Under the pieces are notes generated by a model that saw only the letters and a list, made by a program, of their open reading frames with translations, searched no databases and was not told where the DNA came from. Position numbers and translations under genes: made by a program. A DNA stretch of 63,252 bases, counting the filler, from Candidatus Rokuibacteriota bacterium (GTDB taxonomy: Bacteria; JAUVQV01; DATDCY01), in the NCBI GenBank assembly GCA_031406795.1. It is 9 parts of 9 records of this genome, joined end to end, with 100 filler letters (N's around TTAATTAATTAA, not from the genome) between each part and the next. Parts side by side here need not be neighbours in the genome. Positions count along the whole stretch, not along the records: positions 45,255 to 50,106 come from JANOHV010000190.1; positions 50,207 to 57,104 come from JANOHV010000264.1; 7 more parts are not named here. The stretch is one strand, 5' to 3'. Of the stretch, positions 48,394 through 57,204 are shown one piece after another. The number at the start of each line of letters is the position of its first letter. Positions within the stretch are counted from its first letter, which is position 1.

Positions 48394-48852
48394 ATGTTCG
48401 ATCTCTACGCTGAACTGTCATCCCTGATCATGCGCTTCGAGCGGGACGAAGTCTCTTACGCGCTCTGCGGGGGGATGGCCATGGCCGTACACGGTTTCGT
48501 GCGCGCCACAGAGGACATCGACGTCATCGTTCCCCCCGAAGCATTGGAGTTGGCTCTTGGCGCGGCGCGCGCGGCTGGTTTCGACATCGTGAATCCTCCC
48601 GTGAGTTTCGCCGGGGGAAAAGTTCCCATGCACCGGGCCTGCAAGACCGAACCGGAGGTCGGTGACTTTCTTGCGCTTGACCTCCTCGTTGTGACGCCGG
48701 CGACGGCGGCAATCTGGGCCGCGCGGTTGCGCGTCCCCTGGGAGCATGGTTCGCTCAGCGTACTCTCTCGCGAGGGGCTCATTGCCCTAAAATCACTGCG
48801 CAACAGCCTGCAGGACCAGGCCGACATCGGCCGCCTCAAAGGTGAGGAATGA
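48394..48852 (+). CDS. Nucleotidyltransferase-fold protein
   Basis: YALCGGMAMAVHG..RATEDID, LIALK, QDQADI. Confidence 0.82.
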   Translation: MFDLYAELSSLIMRFERDEVSYALCGGMAMAVHGFVRATEDIDVIVPPEALELALGAARAAGFDIVNPPVSFAGGKVPMHRACKTEPEVGDFLALDLLVVTPATAAIWAARLRVPWEHGSLSVLSREGLIALKSLRNSLQDQADIGRLKGEE

Positions 48853-49034
48853 AGATCACGGACCTGACCGCGGCAGAGGTCACCCGCCGCCTCCGACGAG
48901 TAGCGGAACTGCGGCGTTTCTGCCGCGCGCTAGCAGCCATGAAGCCTCGAATCGACGGCAACCGCGGCCTCGCCGGCTCCACAAACTTTCGTAACTCCTC
49001 GGAATTACTAGGCAATTATGCAAAGCATCTGTAG
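48849..49034 (+). CDS. Small basic partner protein
   Basis: ATGA overlap; [16 protein letters not shown]. Confidence 0.55.
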   Translation: MKITDLTAAEVTRRLRRVAELRRFCRALAAMKPRIDGNRGLAGSTNFRNSSELLGNYAKHL

Positions 49035-49070
49035 GCTTGTTCGCACCGTGAACGCACCCGCCGCTGTCCG
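49009..49070 (+). promoter_or_regulatory. Element A, copy 6 (promoter and 5' half of the leader only)
   Basis: TAGGCA-N17-TAGGCT, ACCGTGAACGCA at 49045, joined at ccgctgtccg to fcl. Confidence 0.6.
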
Positions 49071-49920
49071 TCGGGAATTCTTCTTCGAGACCGAGCGCCC
49101 CGAATACCTCTTCCCCGCCGCGGCCAAGGTCGGCGGCATCCACACCAACAACACCTACCCGGCGGACTTCATCTATGACAACCTGCTGATCGAGTGCAAT
49201 GTCATCCACGCCGCATACAAGTATGGCGTCAAGAAACTCCTCTTTCTCGGCTCCTCCTGCATCTACCCCAAACACGCCCCCCAGCCGATGAAAGAGGAAT
49301 ACCTGCTCACCGGCGAACTGGAGCCCACCAACGAGCCCTACACCGTGGCCAAGATCGCCGACATCAAACTCTGCCAGAGCTACAACCGCCAGTACGGCAC
49401 CGACTTCATCTCAGTGATGCCGACCAACCTCTACGGCATCAACGACAACTACCACCCGGTGAACAGCCACGTCCTGCCGGCGCTGATCCGCCGATTCCAC
49501 GACGCAAAAGTGCGCATGGAAGGAACAAACGTCATTGCGAGCGAAGCGAAGCAATCTGACGCCCACCCAAACGACTCCTCCATTGCCCCCGATGGCACCT
49601 GGGTCCAGGCCTGGGGCACCGGCTCCCCCCGCCGCGAATTCATGTACGCCGGTGACATGGCCGACGCCGCGTCTTCCTGATGCAGAACTACTCCAGCAAC
49701 GACTTCGTCAACATCGGCACCGGCGAGGACATCACCATCCGCGAGTTGACCGAGATGGTCGCGCTCACCGTCGGCTACCAGGGCGAGATCGTCTGGGATG
49801 CGACGAAGCCGGACGGCATGGAACGAAAACTCCTCGATGTCTCCCGTCTCCACGCCCTCGGATGGCATCACAAGCACGCTCTGCACGAGGGGATGAGCCT
49901 GGCCTACCAGGACGTCCTTG
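49060..49920 (+). pseudogene. fcl: GDP-L-fucose synthase, 5'-truncated and frameshifted
   Basis: [40 protein letters not shown]; frameshift near 49675; KPDG. Confidence 0.9.
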
Positions 49921-50029
49921 CTCCAGGCGCACCTCTCGCACGCCCATCGCGAGTGGACCCCGGAGCACGTCCGGCGTGAAGTTGCCCACAGGATGTCGCA
50001 TGGGGCCGTCTGATCTTCTCGAGCACGTG
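49921..50029 (+). pseudogene. Second, diverged copy of the antitoxin/nucleotidyltransferase junction
   Basis: [14 protein letters not shown] and MGPSDLLEHV, compare 45320-45380. Confidence 0.75.
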
Positions 50030-50055
50030 GATGCAGAAACTTAACGGAGTTCGCG

Positions 50056-50106
50056 ATGCGGATTGAGTGGGATCCGAACAAGGCGCGTACGAATCTTCTG
50101 AAGCAT
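50056..50106 (+). CDS. BrnT-like toxin N-terminus (3'-partial)
   Basis: MRIEWDPNKARTNLLKH after a GGAG RBS. Confidence 0.75.
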
Positions 50107-50206
50107 NNNNNNNNNNNNNNNNNNNNNNNNNNNNNNNNNNNNNNNNNNNNTTAATTAATTAANNNNNNNNNNNNNNNNNNNNNNNNNNNNNNNNNNNNNN
50201 NNNNNN

Positions 50207-51859
50207 TCGCTCGGCCTGCCGACGCAGGCGCCGCAGCGGCTCGAGGCCGGACTGATCCACGCGCTCGTCGAGGCCGCCGAGAGCGCCGGGCACGTCTACC
50301 TGCCGCGCGGCGTGCTGGTGCAGCGGGCCGCCGAGCTGCTCCAGATCGAGCCGGGGCCGCTCGAGCACGCCATCGACGACCTGGATCGGCGCGGGCTCGT
50401 GCGCGCCGAAGCGCTGCCCGGCAACGAGGACGGCGGCGCCCCCGCCCAGCCGGTCTACCTCACGCAGCTCTATGCGGACGAGACCGCCGCCGCCGAACTG
50501 CTCGGGGTGATTCTCGCGGCGGGGGAGGCGGCCGCGCGGCTCGATGTTGAGGCCGAGCTGAAGCAGTTCGAAACCGAGTGGGGCATCGCCCTCGCGCTCC
50601 CGCAGCGCGCGGCCGTGACGCGGGCGCTCACGGGGCACGCGCTGGTGATCACCGGCGGCCCGGGCACCGGCAAGACCACGATCATCAACGCCATCGTGCG
50701 GATTCTCGAGGGCATCGGCGACCGCATTCTGCTCTGCGCGCCCACCGGGCGGGCCGCCAAGCGCATGGAGGAGGCCACCGGGCGGCCGGCGAAGACCATC
50801 CACCGGCTGCTCGAGTTCAGCCCGCGCCGCGGCGAGTTCGAGCGCAACGGCGCGCGCCGGCTCGAAGCGGACCTGGTCATCGTCGACGAGATGTCGATGG
50901 TCGATTTGCCGCTCTTCGGCCACCTGCTCAAGGCGATCCCGGCGTCGTGCCGGCTGATCCTGGTCGGCGACGTCGACCAGCTCCCCTCTGTTGGCCCGGG
51001 CAGCGTCCTGCGCGACCTGATCCGCTCGGGCGCGCTGGAGACCGCGGCGCTGACCGAGATCTTCCGGCAGGCGCAGCAGAGCCAGATCGTGGTCAACGCG
51101 CACCGCGTCAACAGCGGGCGGCTGCCGCAGGGCGCCGGCTCCGGGGACGCGCCGTCGCCGGTCGCGGAGGCTGGAGAGCCCGGGAGTACGCTGCCCTCGC
51201 TCCTGGTGCCCGGGTCCTCGGATTTCTTCTTTATCCCTCGCGAGGAGCCCGAGGCCATCCTCGCCGCCATTAAGCAACTGGTCGCCCGCGAGATCCCGCG
51301 GCGGCTCAATGTCGATCCGCTGGAGGGCATCCAGGTGCTCACGCCCATGCACAAGGGGCTGCTCGGCACCGTCAACCTCAACGCCGAACTCCAGGGGTCG
51401 CTCAACCCACGGGGCGAGCAGGTCGGTCGCGCCGGCCGGCTCTTTCGCGCCGGCGACAAGGTGATGCAGATCCGCAACAACTACGAGCTGGAGGTCTTCA
51501 ACGGCGATCTCGGCCGGATCCACGAGGCCGACGCCGAGGCGCAGGAGGTGACGGTGCTCTTCGACGGTCGCCCCGTCGTCTACACCTACGCCGAACTGGA
51601 CGAACTGGTCCTCGGTTACGCCTGCTCGATCCACAAGTCCCAGGGCAGCGAGTACCCGGCGGTCGTCATCCCGCTGCACACGCAGCACTACGTCCTGCTG
51701 CAGCGCAACCTGCTCTACACGGCGATCACGCGCGGGCGGCGGCTGGTGGTGATCGTCGGCAGCCGCAAGGCGGCGGCGATCGCGGTGCGCAACGCCGGCG
51801 TGCGCGAGCGGCACACGAGACTCGCGCAGCGGCTTGCCGATGCGTCGCGCCGCGTTTAG
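50207..51859 (+). CDS. recD2: SF1B helicase RecD2 (5'-partial)
   Basis: GGPGTGKT, APTGRAA, VDEMSM, GDVDQLPSVG, HKSQGSEY, YTAITR. Confidence 0.93.
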   Translation, partial: SLGLPTQAPQRLEAGLIHALVEAAESAGHVYLPRGVLVQRAAELLQIEPGPLEHAIDDLDRRGLVRAEALPGNEDGGAPAQPVYLTQLYADETAAAELLGVILAAGEAAARLDVEAELKQFETEWGIALALPQRAAVTRALTGHALVITGGPGTGKTTIINAIVRILEGIGDRILLCAPTGRAAKRMEEATGRPAKTIHRLLEFSPRRGEFERNGARRLEADLVIVDEMSMVDLPLFGHLLKAIPASCRLILVGDVDQLPSVGPGSVLRDLIRSGALETAALTEIFRQAQQSQIVVNAHRVNSGRLPQGAGSGDAPSPVAEAGEPGSTLPSLLVPGSSDFFFIPREEPEAILAAIKQLVAREIPRRLNVDPLEGIQVLTPMHKGLLGTVNLNAELQGSLNPRGEQVGRAGRLFRAGDKVMQIRNNYELEVFNGDLGRIHEADAEAQEVTVLFDGRPVVYTYAELDELVLGYACSIHKSQGSEYPAVVIPLHTQHYVLLQRNLLYTAITRGRRLVVIVGSRKAAAIAVRNAGVRERHTRLAQRLADASRRV

Positions 51860-51864
51860 CATGC

Positions 51865-51998
51865 TGCTGAAAAATGGTCAAGGAACGTCATTGCGAGCGT
51901 AGCGAAGCAATCTGATGACTTGAAAGCGCCTTGTATTCATCAGATTGCCGCTTCGCTTCGCTCCTCGCAATGACAGCATTCAGGTTTTTTCAGCATCC
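51865..51998. repeat. Palindromic repeat R2 (gtcattgcgag type)
   Basis: tgctgaaaaa / tttttcagca arms enclosing gtcattgcgag...gcaatctgatga / tcatcagattgc...ctcgcaatgac. Confidence 0.85.
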
Positions 51999-52030
51999 TG
52001 TTAGAGCAAGAACCGTTCATGTAAGGTGTA

Positions 52031-52059
52031 ACCGTTCGCCCTGAGCTCGTCGAAGGGCG
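52031..52059. repeat. REP-like R3 half copy
   Basis: accgttcgccctgagctcgtcgaagggcg, close to the reverse complement of 13644-13672. Confidence 0.65.
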
Positions 52060-52078
52060 GGGAACAAGGAGGGGTAAC

Positions 52079-52483
52079 GTGAGTGGCAGCATCACCGCGG
52101 CGCATGTCGCCGAATACCTCGGTCGCGGGCTGCTCGACGTGCTCGTCGATCTGTTCAAGTCCGATCCGGCGCTCTATGACCTGCTCGGCGAACTGCTCGC
52201 CGACCCGCAGATGGGAGTGCGCCTCGGCGCCTCGGCGCTCGTCGAGGAGTTGGCCGTGACCGATCCCGAAAGGCGTCCGCTGGCCGCCGCCGCGCTGGCG
52301 CCGCTGCTGGAGGACGCAGATCCCGTCCACCGCGGGGACGCCGCGTGGCTGCTCGGCTTCGTCGGCGGCGCGGCCGAGGTGGCGCCGCTGGAGTCGCTCG
52401 CGGAGACGGACCCGAACACCGACGTGCGCGAGGCGGCCGCGGAGGCGGCGCAGAAGATCAGGGAGAACGCGTCTACAGCCTGA
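52079..52483 (+). CDS. HEAT-repeat protein
   Basis: LLAD...VR, LLED....RGDAA..LG, VREAAAEA; AGGAGG RBS. Confidence 0.8.
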   Translation: MSGSITAAHVAEYLGRGLLDVLVDLFKSDPALYDLLGELLADPQMGVRLGASALVEELAVTDPERRPLAAAALAPLLEDADPVHRGDAAWLLGFVGGAAEVAPLESLAETDPNTDVREAAAEAAQKIRENASTA

Positions 52484-52488
52484 GCCGT

Positions 52489-52956
52489 TCACGCGCTCTT
52501 TGAGAAGACCTCGACCCGGACCTCCTGGCCCAGCACGGCGAGCAGACGCAAGAGCTGATCCACGGACTTCTTGCTCTTGGACGTGTCCAGGAGTCGATAG
52601 AGCTGGGGCGCCGAGGTCTGCATGCGGCGGATGGTCTCTCGCTTGGAAAGGCCGGACTCCGCCAGGGATCTTCTTGCCTCCAGCGTGAGGCGATAGGCGA
52701 TCATGTCGCGCAGATAGGACGGGTCGCGGTTGAACTCCAGGACCTGGTCGATGTGCACCGTGCCTTCGCGTCCGGAATTCAAGACATAGGTGAAGGCCTC
52801 GCGGGCCAGTTCCTGGTCCACGGACACGTGCCGAACGCCGTCGGTAGAGGAAGGCGGCGGGACGCACTTGGCGAATGGGAAGACGAAGTCCTTGCTTCGA
52901 GAATGCACTTCGAAGGACTTTCGCCGATTGTTGGCCTTGACCGAGAGGATCTTCAT
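52489..52956 (-). CDS. HTH (XRE-like) antitoxin
   Basis: C-terminal SKRETIRRMQTSAPQLYRLLD HTH; coupled to the upstream small gene. Confidence 0.75.
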   Translation of the reverse strand: MKILSVKANNRRKSFEVHSRSKDFVFPFAKCVPPPSSTDGVRHVSVDQELAREAFTYVLNSGREGTVHIDQVLEFNRDPSYLRDMIAYRLTLEARRSLAESGLSKRETIRRMQTSAPQLYRLLDTSKSKKSVDQLLRLLAVLGQEVRVEVFSKSA

Positions 52957-53147
52957 AGCACTCCCTCCGCCTGAAGTTGCCGGATCAGCCTCATGATGCG
53001 CTCGGATACTTCGCCTTTCATGGCCACCCGGTTGTCCAAGTCCCACTTCACGACAAGAGCCCCGTTTCGGTAGACATGCACATGCCGGGGGCCATGGTCG
53101 CCCTTCCACGTGAAGAAGACATAGCCTCCTCGCCGGAACTTGCCCAT
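52953..53147 (-). CDS. DUF4160-like small toxin
   Basis: GYVFF...DHGPRHVHV. Confidence 0.75.
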   Translation of the reverse strand: MGKFRRGGYVFFTWKGDHGPRHVHVYRNGALVVKWDLDNRVAMKGEVSERIMRLIRQLQAEGVL

Positions 53148-53152
53148 TGGCA

Positions 53153-53182
53153 ATTGTTACCGCCACAGGTAACATCTGTCAA
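53153..53182 (-). promoter_or_regulatory. Leaderless promoter with TGTTACC-N6-GGTAACA operator
   Basis: Minus-strand TTGACA (53182) and AACAAT -10 just before ATG 53147; inverted repeat at 53155-53174. Confidence 0.55.
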
Positions 53183-53232
53183 GTGAAGGACCGCCGCATG
53201 AAGCTTGGGGTTCGCCCACGAGGGAGAGACAC

Positions 53233-54198
53233 TTGGATCCCGTTGACAAGTTCTACCGCCTGGATCGCATCCTGCGCAGTGCCCGCTGTCCCGTTTCCCG
53301 TGCTGTCCTCCAGGAGAAGCTGGAATGCTCGCGCGCGACCGTCGGTCGCATCATCGAGGAGATGCGCGATTATCTGGGCGCGCCGATCGAATACGACCGG
53401 TGCGCGCGGGGTTATCGGTACGCCGAATTCGAAGATGGTGCCTACGAGCTTCCCGGCCTCTGGTTCAACGCCTCCGAATTGCACTCGTTGTTGGCGGCCC
53501 ATCAGTTGCTCGCGAATGCGCAGCCCGGTCTGCTGGAAGGGGACCTGGCGCCGCTGCGCGACCGCATCGAGCGCATCCTGAAAGCGCGGGGGATCGAATG
53601 CGGCGAGGCCGGCCGACGAGTGCGTATCCTGCGCATGGCGGCGCGGCGACTGGAGCCGGAGCCCTTCCGTACTGTCGCCGGAGGGGTGCTCGGCAGACGC
53701 CGACTGTCCCTGATCTACCACGGTCGCGCCCGCAATGAGCAAACTGAGCGGCAGGTCTCGCCGCAGCGGCTGACGCACTACCGGGACAACTGGTACCTCG
53801 ACGCCTGGGACCACGGCCGCAAGGCGCTGCGATCGTTCTCGGTGGACCGCATTCTCACAGCGCGCGCCCTCGAACTGGCGGCCCTGGACATCGCCGATGC
53901 CCGGCTCGACGGGCACTTCGCCACCGCGTACGGGATTTTCGCCGGAAAACCGAAGCACAAGGCCCTGCTGCGCTTCAGCGCGGAGAGCGCCCGCTGGGTA
54001 GCCGACGAGGTCTGGCATCCCGATCAGAAGGGATGGTACGACGGCGGGCATTACTTCCTCGAAATTCCCTATGCCGATCCGCGCGAGCTGATCCGCGACA
54101 TCCTCAAACACGGCCCGGACGTCACGGTCATTTCGCCCGCCTCGCTGCGGGCGGAGCTGGAGCGGTGTCTGAAGGAGGCGCTCAGGAACTACGTGTAG
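53233..54198 (+). CDS. WYL-domain transcriptional regulator (YafY/PafC-like)
   Basis: N-terminal wHTH; RQVSPQRL.HY..NWYLDAW, FSVDRI, WHPDQ. Confidence 0.92.
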   Translation: MDPVDKFYRLDRILRSARCPVSRAVLQEKLECSRATVGRIIEEMRDYLGAPIEYDRCARGYRYAEFEDGAYELPGLWFNASELHSLLAAHQLLANAQPGLLEGDLAPLRDRIERILKARGIECGEAGRRVRILRMAARRLEPEPFRTVAGGVLGRRRLSLIYHGRARNEQTERQVSPQRLTHYRDNWYLDAWDHGRKALRSFSVDRILTARALELAALDIADARLDGHFATAYGIFAGKPKHKALLRFSAESARWVADEVWHPDQKGWYDGGHYFLEIPYADPRELIRDILKHGPDVTVISPASLRAELERCLKEALRNYV

Positions 54199-54667
54199 GG
54201 GCGGGGTTCATCCCGGTCTCGGCGTCGAGGGGGACGTGCTATCAGATCAGGTTAAGTCCTTGGACTGGCGAGCACGCAATGCGGAGCGGATCGCCGCGCT
54301 GCCAGGTGAGGCGCTCCGGGAGGTGCTCGGGAACCTTGGCACGCTGGTCGGCGGCTGACAAATTGAGCCGGCGGGGGTGTATAGTTCCAAAAACCCCTGG
54401 GGACAAAGTGCCGGGATGGTGAACTGCAGCGCCAATTCGAACAGAAAACTCGACGCACTGCGTCGAGAATTGCCGAGCCGGAAGAGAGATGGGGCAAATT
54501 GGCGAATGTTTTTACAGGCTTACAGAGAAATCGCCCCGTGTTAGCGTCTATCTGCCGCCTGAAGCTGCACGCAAGCGGCGGGTTCGGTGTGGATCGTCTG
54601 CGATCCTACGTTCTTGTCTGCTGGAGGCTCTTCTGAAGGTCGTCTGATGGCTGGTGAGGATGCCATC

Positions 54668-54823
54668 ATGGAAGCTACGGTCACTGCCAAGGGACAGGTT
54701 ATCATCCCGGCGCAAATCCGCCGGCGTCTCGGATTGAAGCAGGGCACTCGCCTCCGGGTCGAGGAGCACGACGGGGCGATCATCATGAGGCCGATCGCGC
54801 GAGACTGGCTCAGGCAGGGGTGA
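54668..54823 (+). pseudogene. AbrB/MazE antitoxin, probably truncated and orphaned
   Basis: TVTAKGQVIIPAQIRRRLGL; no toxin follows. Confidence 0.7.
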
Positions 54824-54867
54824 GCGGGGGAGCCGGCGGGAATCAAGATAAGGGAGAAAGCGTCCAC

Positions 54868-54906
54868 TTGACTATTGACGTACGACGAGCGTAACAATGT
54901 ACGTCA
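54868..54906 (+). promoter_or_regulatory. TA promoter/operator
   Basis: TTGACT and TTGACG hexamers; TGACGTAC-N15-GTACGTCA inverted repeat. Confidence 0.55.
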
Positions 54907-54918
54907 CAGGAGGCCGTC

Positions 54919-55167
54919 ATGCAGACGAAACTCACCTTGAGAGTGGATGATCAGACCGTGTTGAAGGCGAAGTCGTATGCGCGCGTCCGCCGCACGAGCC
55001 TCTCGCGCATCGTCGAGGAATACTTCCGTCGTCTGGAAGGCGGGGAGAGCGCGGCCTCGGCCGAGACGCCGGTCCTGAACGAACTCTCCGGTTTGCTCGC
55101 AGGACGTGGCACCCCGGACACTCTCAAGAAGAGCTACCGCGCCCACCTCGAGGACAAGTACCGGTGA
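54919..55167 (+). CDS. RHH antitoxin (DUF6364-like)
   Basis: TKLTLRVD....KAKSYA....SLSRIVE.YF. Confidence 0.85.
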   Translation: MQTKLTLRVDDQTVLKAKSYARVRRTSLSRIVEEYFRRLEGGESAASAETPVLNELSGLLAGRGTPDTLKKSYRAHLEDKYR

Positions 55168-55574
55168 AGAAGGTCCTCTGCGACATTAACGTCATCCTGG
55201 ACATTCTTTTGCATCGGGAGCCGTTTCATCGTCCGGCCGCCGTCCTCTTCGGCGCGCTTGAGCGGGGGGAAGCGCGCGGCTACCTCTGTGCGGTCAGTTT
55301 TCCGACCCTGCACTACCTTCTCGCGAAGCACGTAGGGACCATTGCGGCGATGCAGTCCCTCAACAAGATACGGACCGTCTTCCGTGTTGCACCAGTGGAC
55401 GAGAAGGTGGTCGATCTGGCGCTTGCATCGAGCATCAGTGATTTCGAGGACGCCGTCCAGTACTACTCTGCGGCGCGTGTCGGGGCAGACGTCCTCATCA
55501 CGAGAAACAAGAAGGATTTCCCTGTCAGGGGGATTCCGGTCTTGACCCCGGAGGAGTATCTGGCGGGCGAGTAG
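55164..55574 (+). CDS. PIN-domain toxin
   Basis: DINVILD, DFEDAVQ, ITRNKKDF. Confidence 0.9.
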   Translation: MKKVLCDINVILDILLHREPFHRPAAVLFGALERGEARGYLCAVSFPTLHYLLAKHVGTIAAMQSLNKIRTVFRVAPVDEKVVDLALASSISDFEDAVQYYSAARVGADVLITRNKKDFPVRGIPVLTPEEYLAGE

Positions 55575-55591
55575 GTTTGACGAGAGCGATA

Positions 55592-55800
55592 GTTGTGGAG
55601 TGTGGGGCAATTTACTGGCACGGGTCTCGAGAACGCCAGGAGGTAGTGGTTACCGAGGAACTGCGGGTCCGTCTCGAGCTGACGGTTCCCCGACTGCGCG
55701 AACTTCTGGAACGGCGAATCCTCCCGGAGCCTTCGAATGACGAGCACTGCCCGGATTGTTCTCTCAATGCGGCATGCATGCCCGGGACAATTAGCGATTT
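55592..55800 (+). pseudogene. cas4: C-terminal remnant of Cas4
   Basis: GAIYWHGSRERQEV.VTEELR...LP.P.ND..CPDCSL...CMP, the three C-terminal Fe-S cysteines. Confidence 0.7.
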
Positions 55801-55871
55801 CGGCAGACCTCGACGTTTCGTCAAAATTGTCCAACATCGACTCCAGATTGTGATCGTGAGAGAATCCGACC

Positions 55872-56189
55872 ATGGACGGACATGATCAGCGGATCGCCGA
55901 AGAGCTGAAACGTCGCCTCTCGGAAGTTGTGCAGCTCCTCGACTTCCGTGTCTTCGGTTCGCGCGCACGCGGGGATGCCGACGAATACTCTGGCCTCGAT
56001 GTCTTCATCAAAGTCGAAGCTCTTGATCCATCGACCAGGGAAAAAATCGGGGAGATCGTCTGGGAGGTCGGTGACAACAATTCCCTTCTCATCTCCCCAC
56101 TCATCGTGACGAGGCAGGAAATCGAGAACACGCCATTACGATCCGCTCCAATCGTTCTGAACATCATGGAAGAGGGCGTGCGGCCGTGA
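55872..56189 (+). CDS. MNT antitoxin
   Basis: VFGSRARGD...SGLD (first catalytic Asp altered), EEGV. Confidence 0.8.
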   Translation: MDGHDQRIAEELKRRLSEVVQLLDFRVFGSRARGDADEYSGLDVFIKVEALDPSTREKIGEIVWEVGDNNSLLISPLIVTRQEIENTPLRSAPIVLNIMEEGVRP

Positions 56190-56310
56190 ACTGCGCCTCT
56201 TATGCCATTTTCTACGCAGTCCTCGCCCTGTGATCCACAAGGGCTTTCATGGAGCCCGGCCCTGTCGCCTTGAGCCCTTCGTCGATGAGATGTTCGTCGA
56301 TGCGGAGTGA
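56186..56310 (+). pseudogene. HEPN toxin remnant
   Basis: N..SYAIFYAVLAL followed by a stop. Confidence 0.5.
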
Positions 56311-56368
56311 CCGGAGGCCTGGAGCTGACTGAGGCAAGCCGCGTGACGGAGCGCCTTGGCTCGGCCGT

Positions 56369-56778
56369 TCAGGATGGAAAGCGTTGCAGGAATTCGGCTG
56401 GGCTGAGGATCGGGATTTCTTGGAAACTCTTGAGCTCCTTGAGGTGCAGATCGCCGCTCACGATGAAATCGGCTCTGCCGGTGACGGCGCACTCCAGAGC
56501 TCTGTCATCCGCCGCATCCCTTGTTACAGGCGACAAGGGACTCGGTGCGAAGACGATTTCCGCTCTTTCGGTGATTGCTAGGAGAAAGCCGGCGACTTCG
56601 TCCTCGGGGTTGTGAAACTTGGAGTAGGAGAGAACGCGTTCAACTCGTTGAGGAGGGGTGGGGAGATCAGAAGGCAAAACTGGCCTTCCATGGTTCGGCG
56701 TAGTATCTCGTAAGGGGTCCCACGCCACCCGAAGGCCGAGAGCAGAACGTTGGTGTCTAAGACGATCCGCGGGCCCAT
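56369..56778 (-). pseudogene. PIN toxin, frameshifted
   Basis: VLDTNVLLSA in one frame; DAADDRALECA...IVSGD.HL in another. Confidence 0.8.
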
Positions 56779-56980
56779 CGCACGGCGTCATCGACGTCCT
56801 TGGGCGCGATGTTCAGTTCCTGAAAACGCGCCGCCGCCTTAGCGGTAACAGCGTCGAAACGCTCCAGCGGGTTTTCGATTGGCGCCCGCTTGATGAGAAC
56901 GAAATCGTCGCCTTCGACGATCAGCACCGGCTCTTTGGCTTTGAGCCGCAGCCGCCGTACGATCGTAACTCCTCGCCCTA
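56757..56980 (-). pseudogene. AbrB-like antitoxin with degraded 5' end
   Basis: VTIVRRLRLKAKEPVLIVEGDDFVLIKR...DVDDAVRWAR overlapping the PIN start. Confidence 0.6.
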
Positions 56981-57204
56981 CCCCGTCTTGTCGGCAACGC
57001 GCTGAGGGGTGATTCTGGTGCCTCCAAACAAGGAGGAGCCGGGATGATCGAGAAGCAGCGGGAAGAGCTACGCCGACGAGTATCCGAGATTCAAAGTCGC
57101 AAGCNNNNNNNNNNNNNNNNNNNNNNNNNNNNNNNNNNNNNNNNNNNNTTAATTAATTAANNNNNNNNNNNNNNNNNNNNNNNNNNNNNNNNNNNNNNNN
57201 NNNN

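Noticed and set aside
54200-55900. CRISPR array or leader near WYL and cas4
   Set aside because: No direct repeats with regular spacers were found.
57044-57104. ORF start MIEKQREELRRRVSEIQSRK after AGGAGG
   Set aside because: Probably real, but 20 codons at a contig end are too few to assign.
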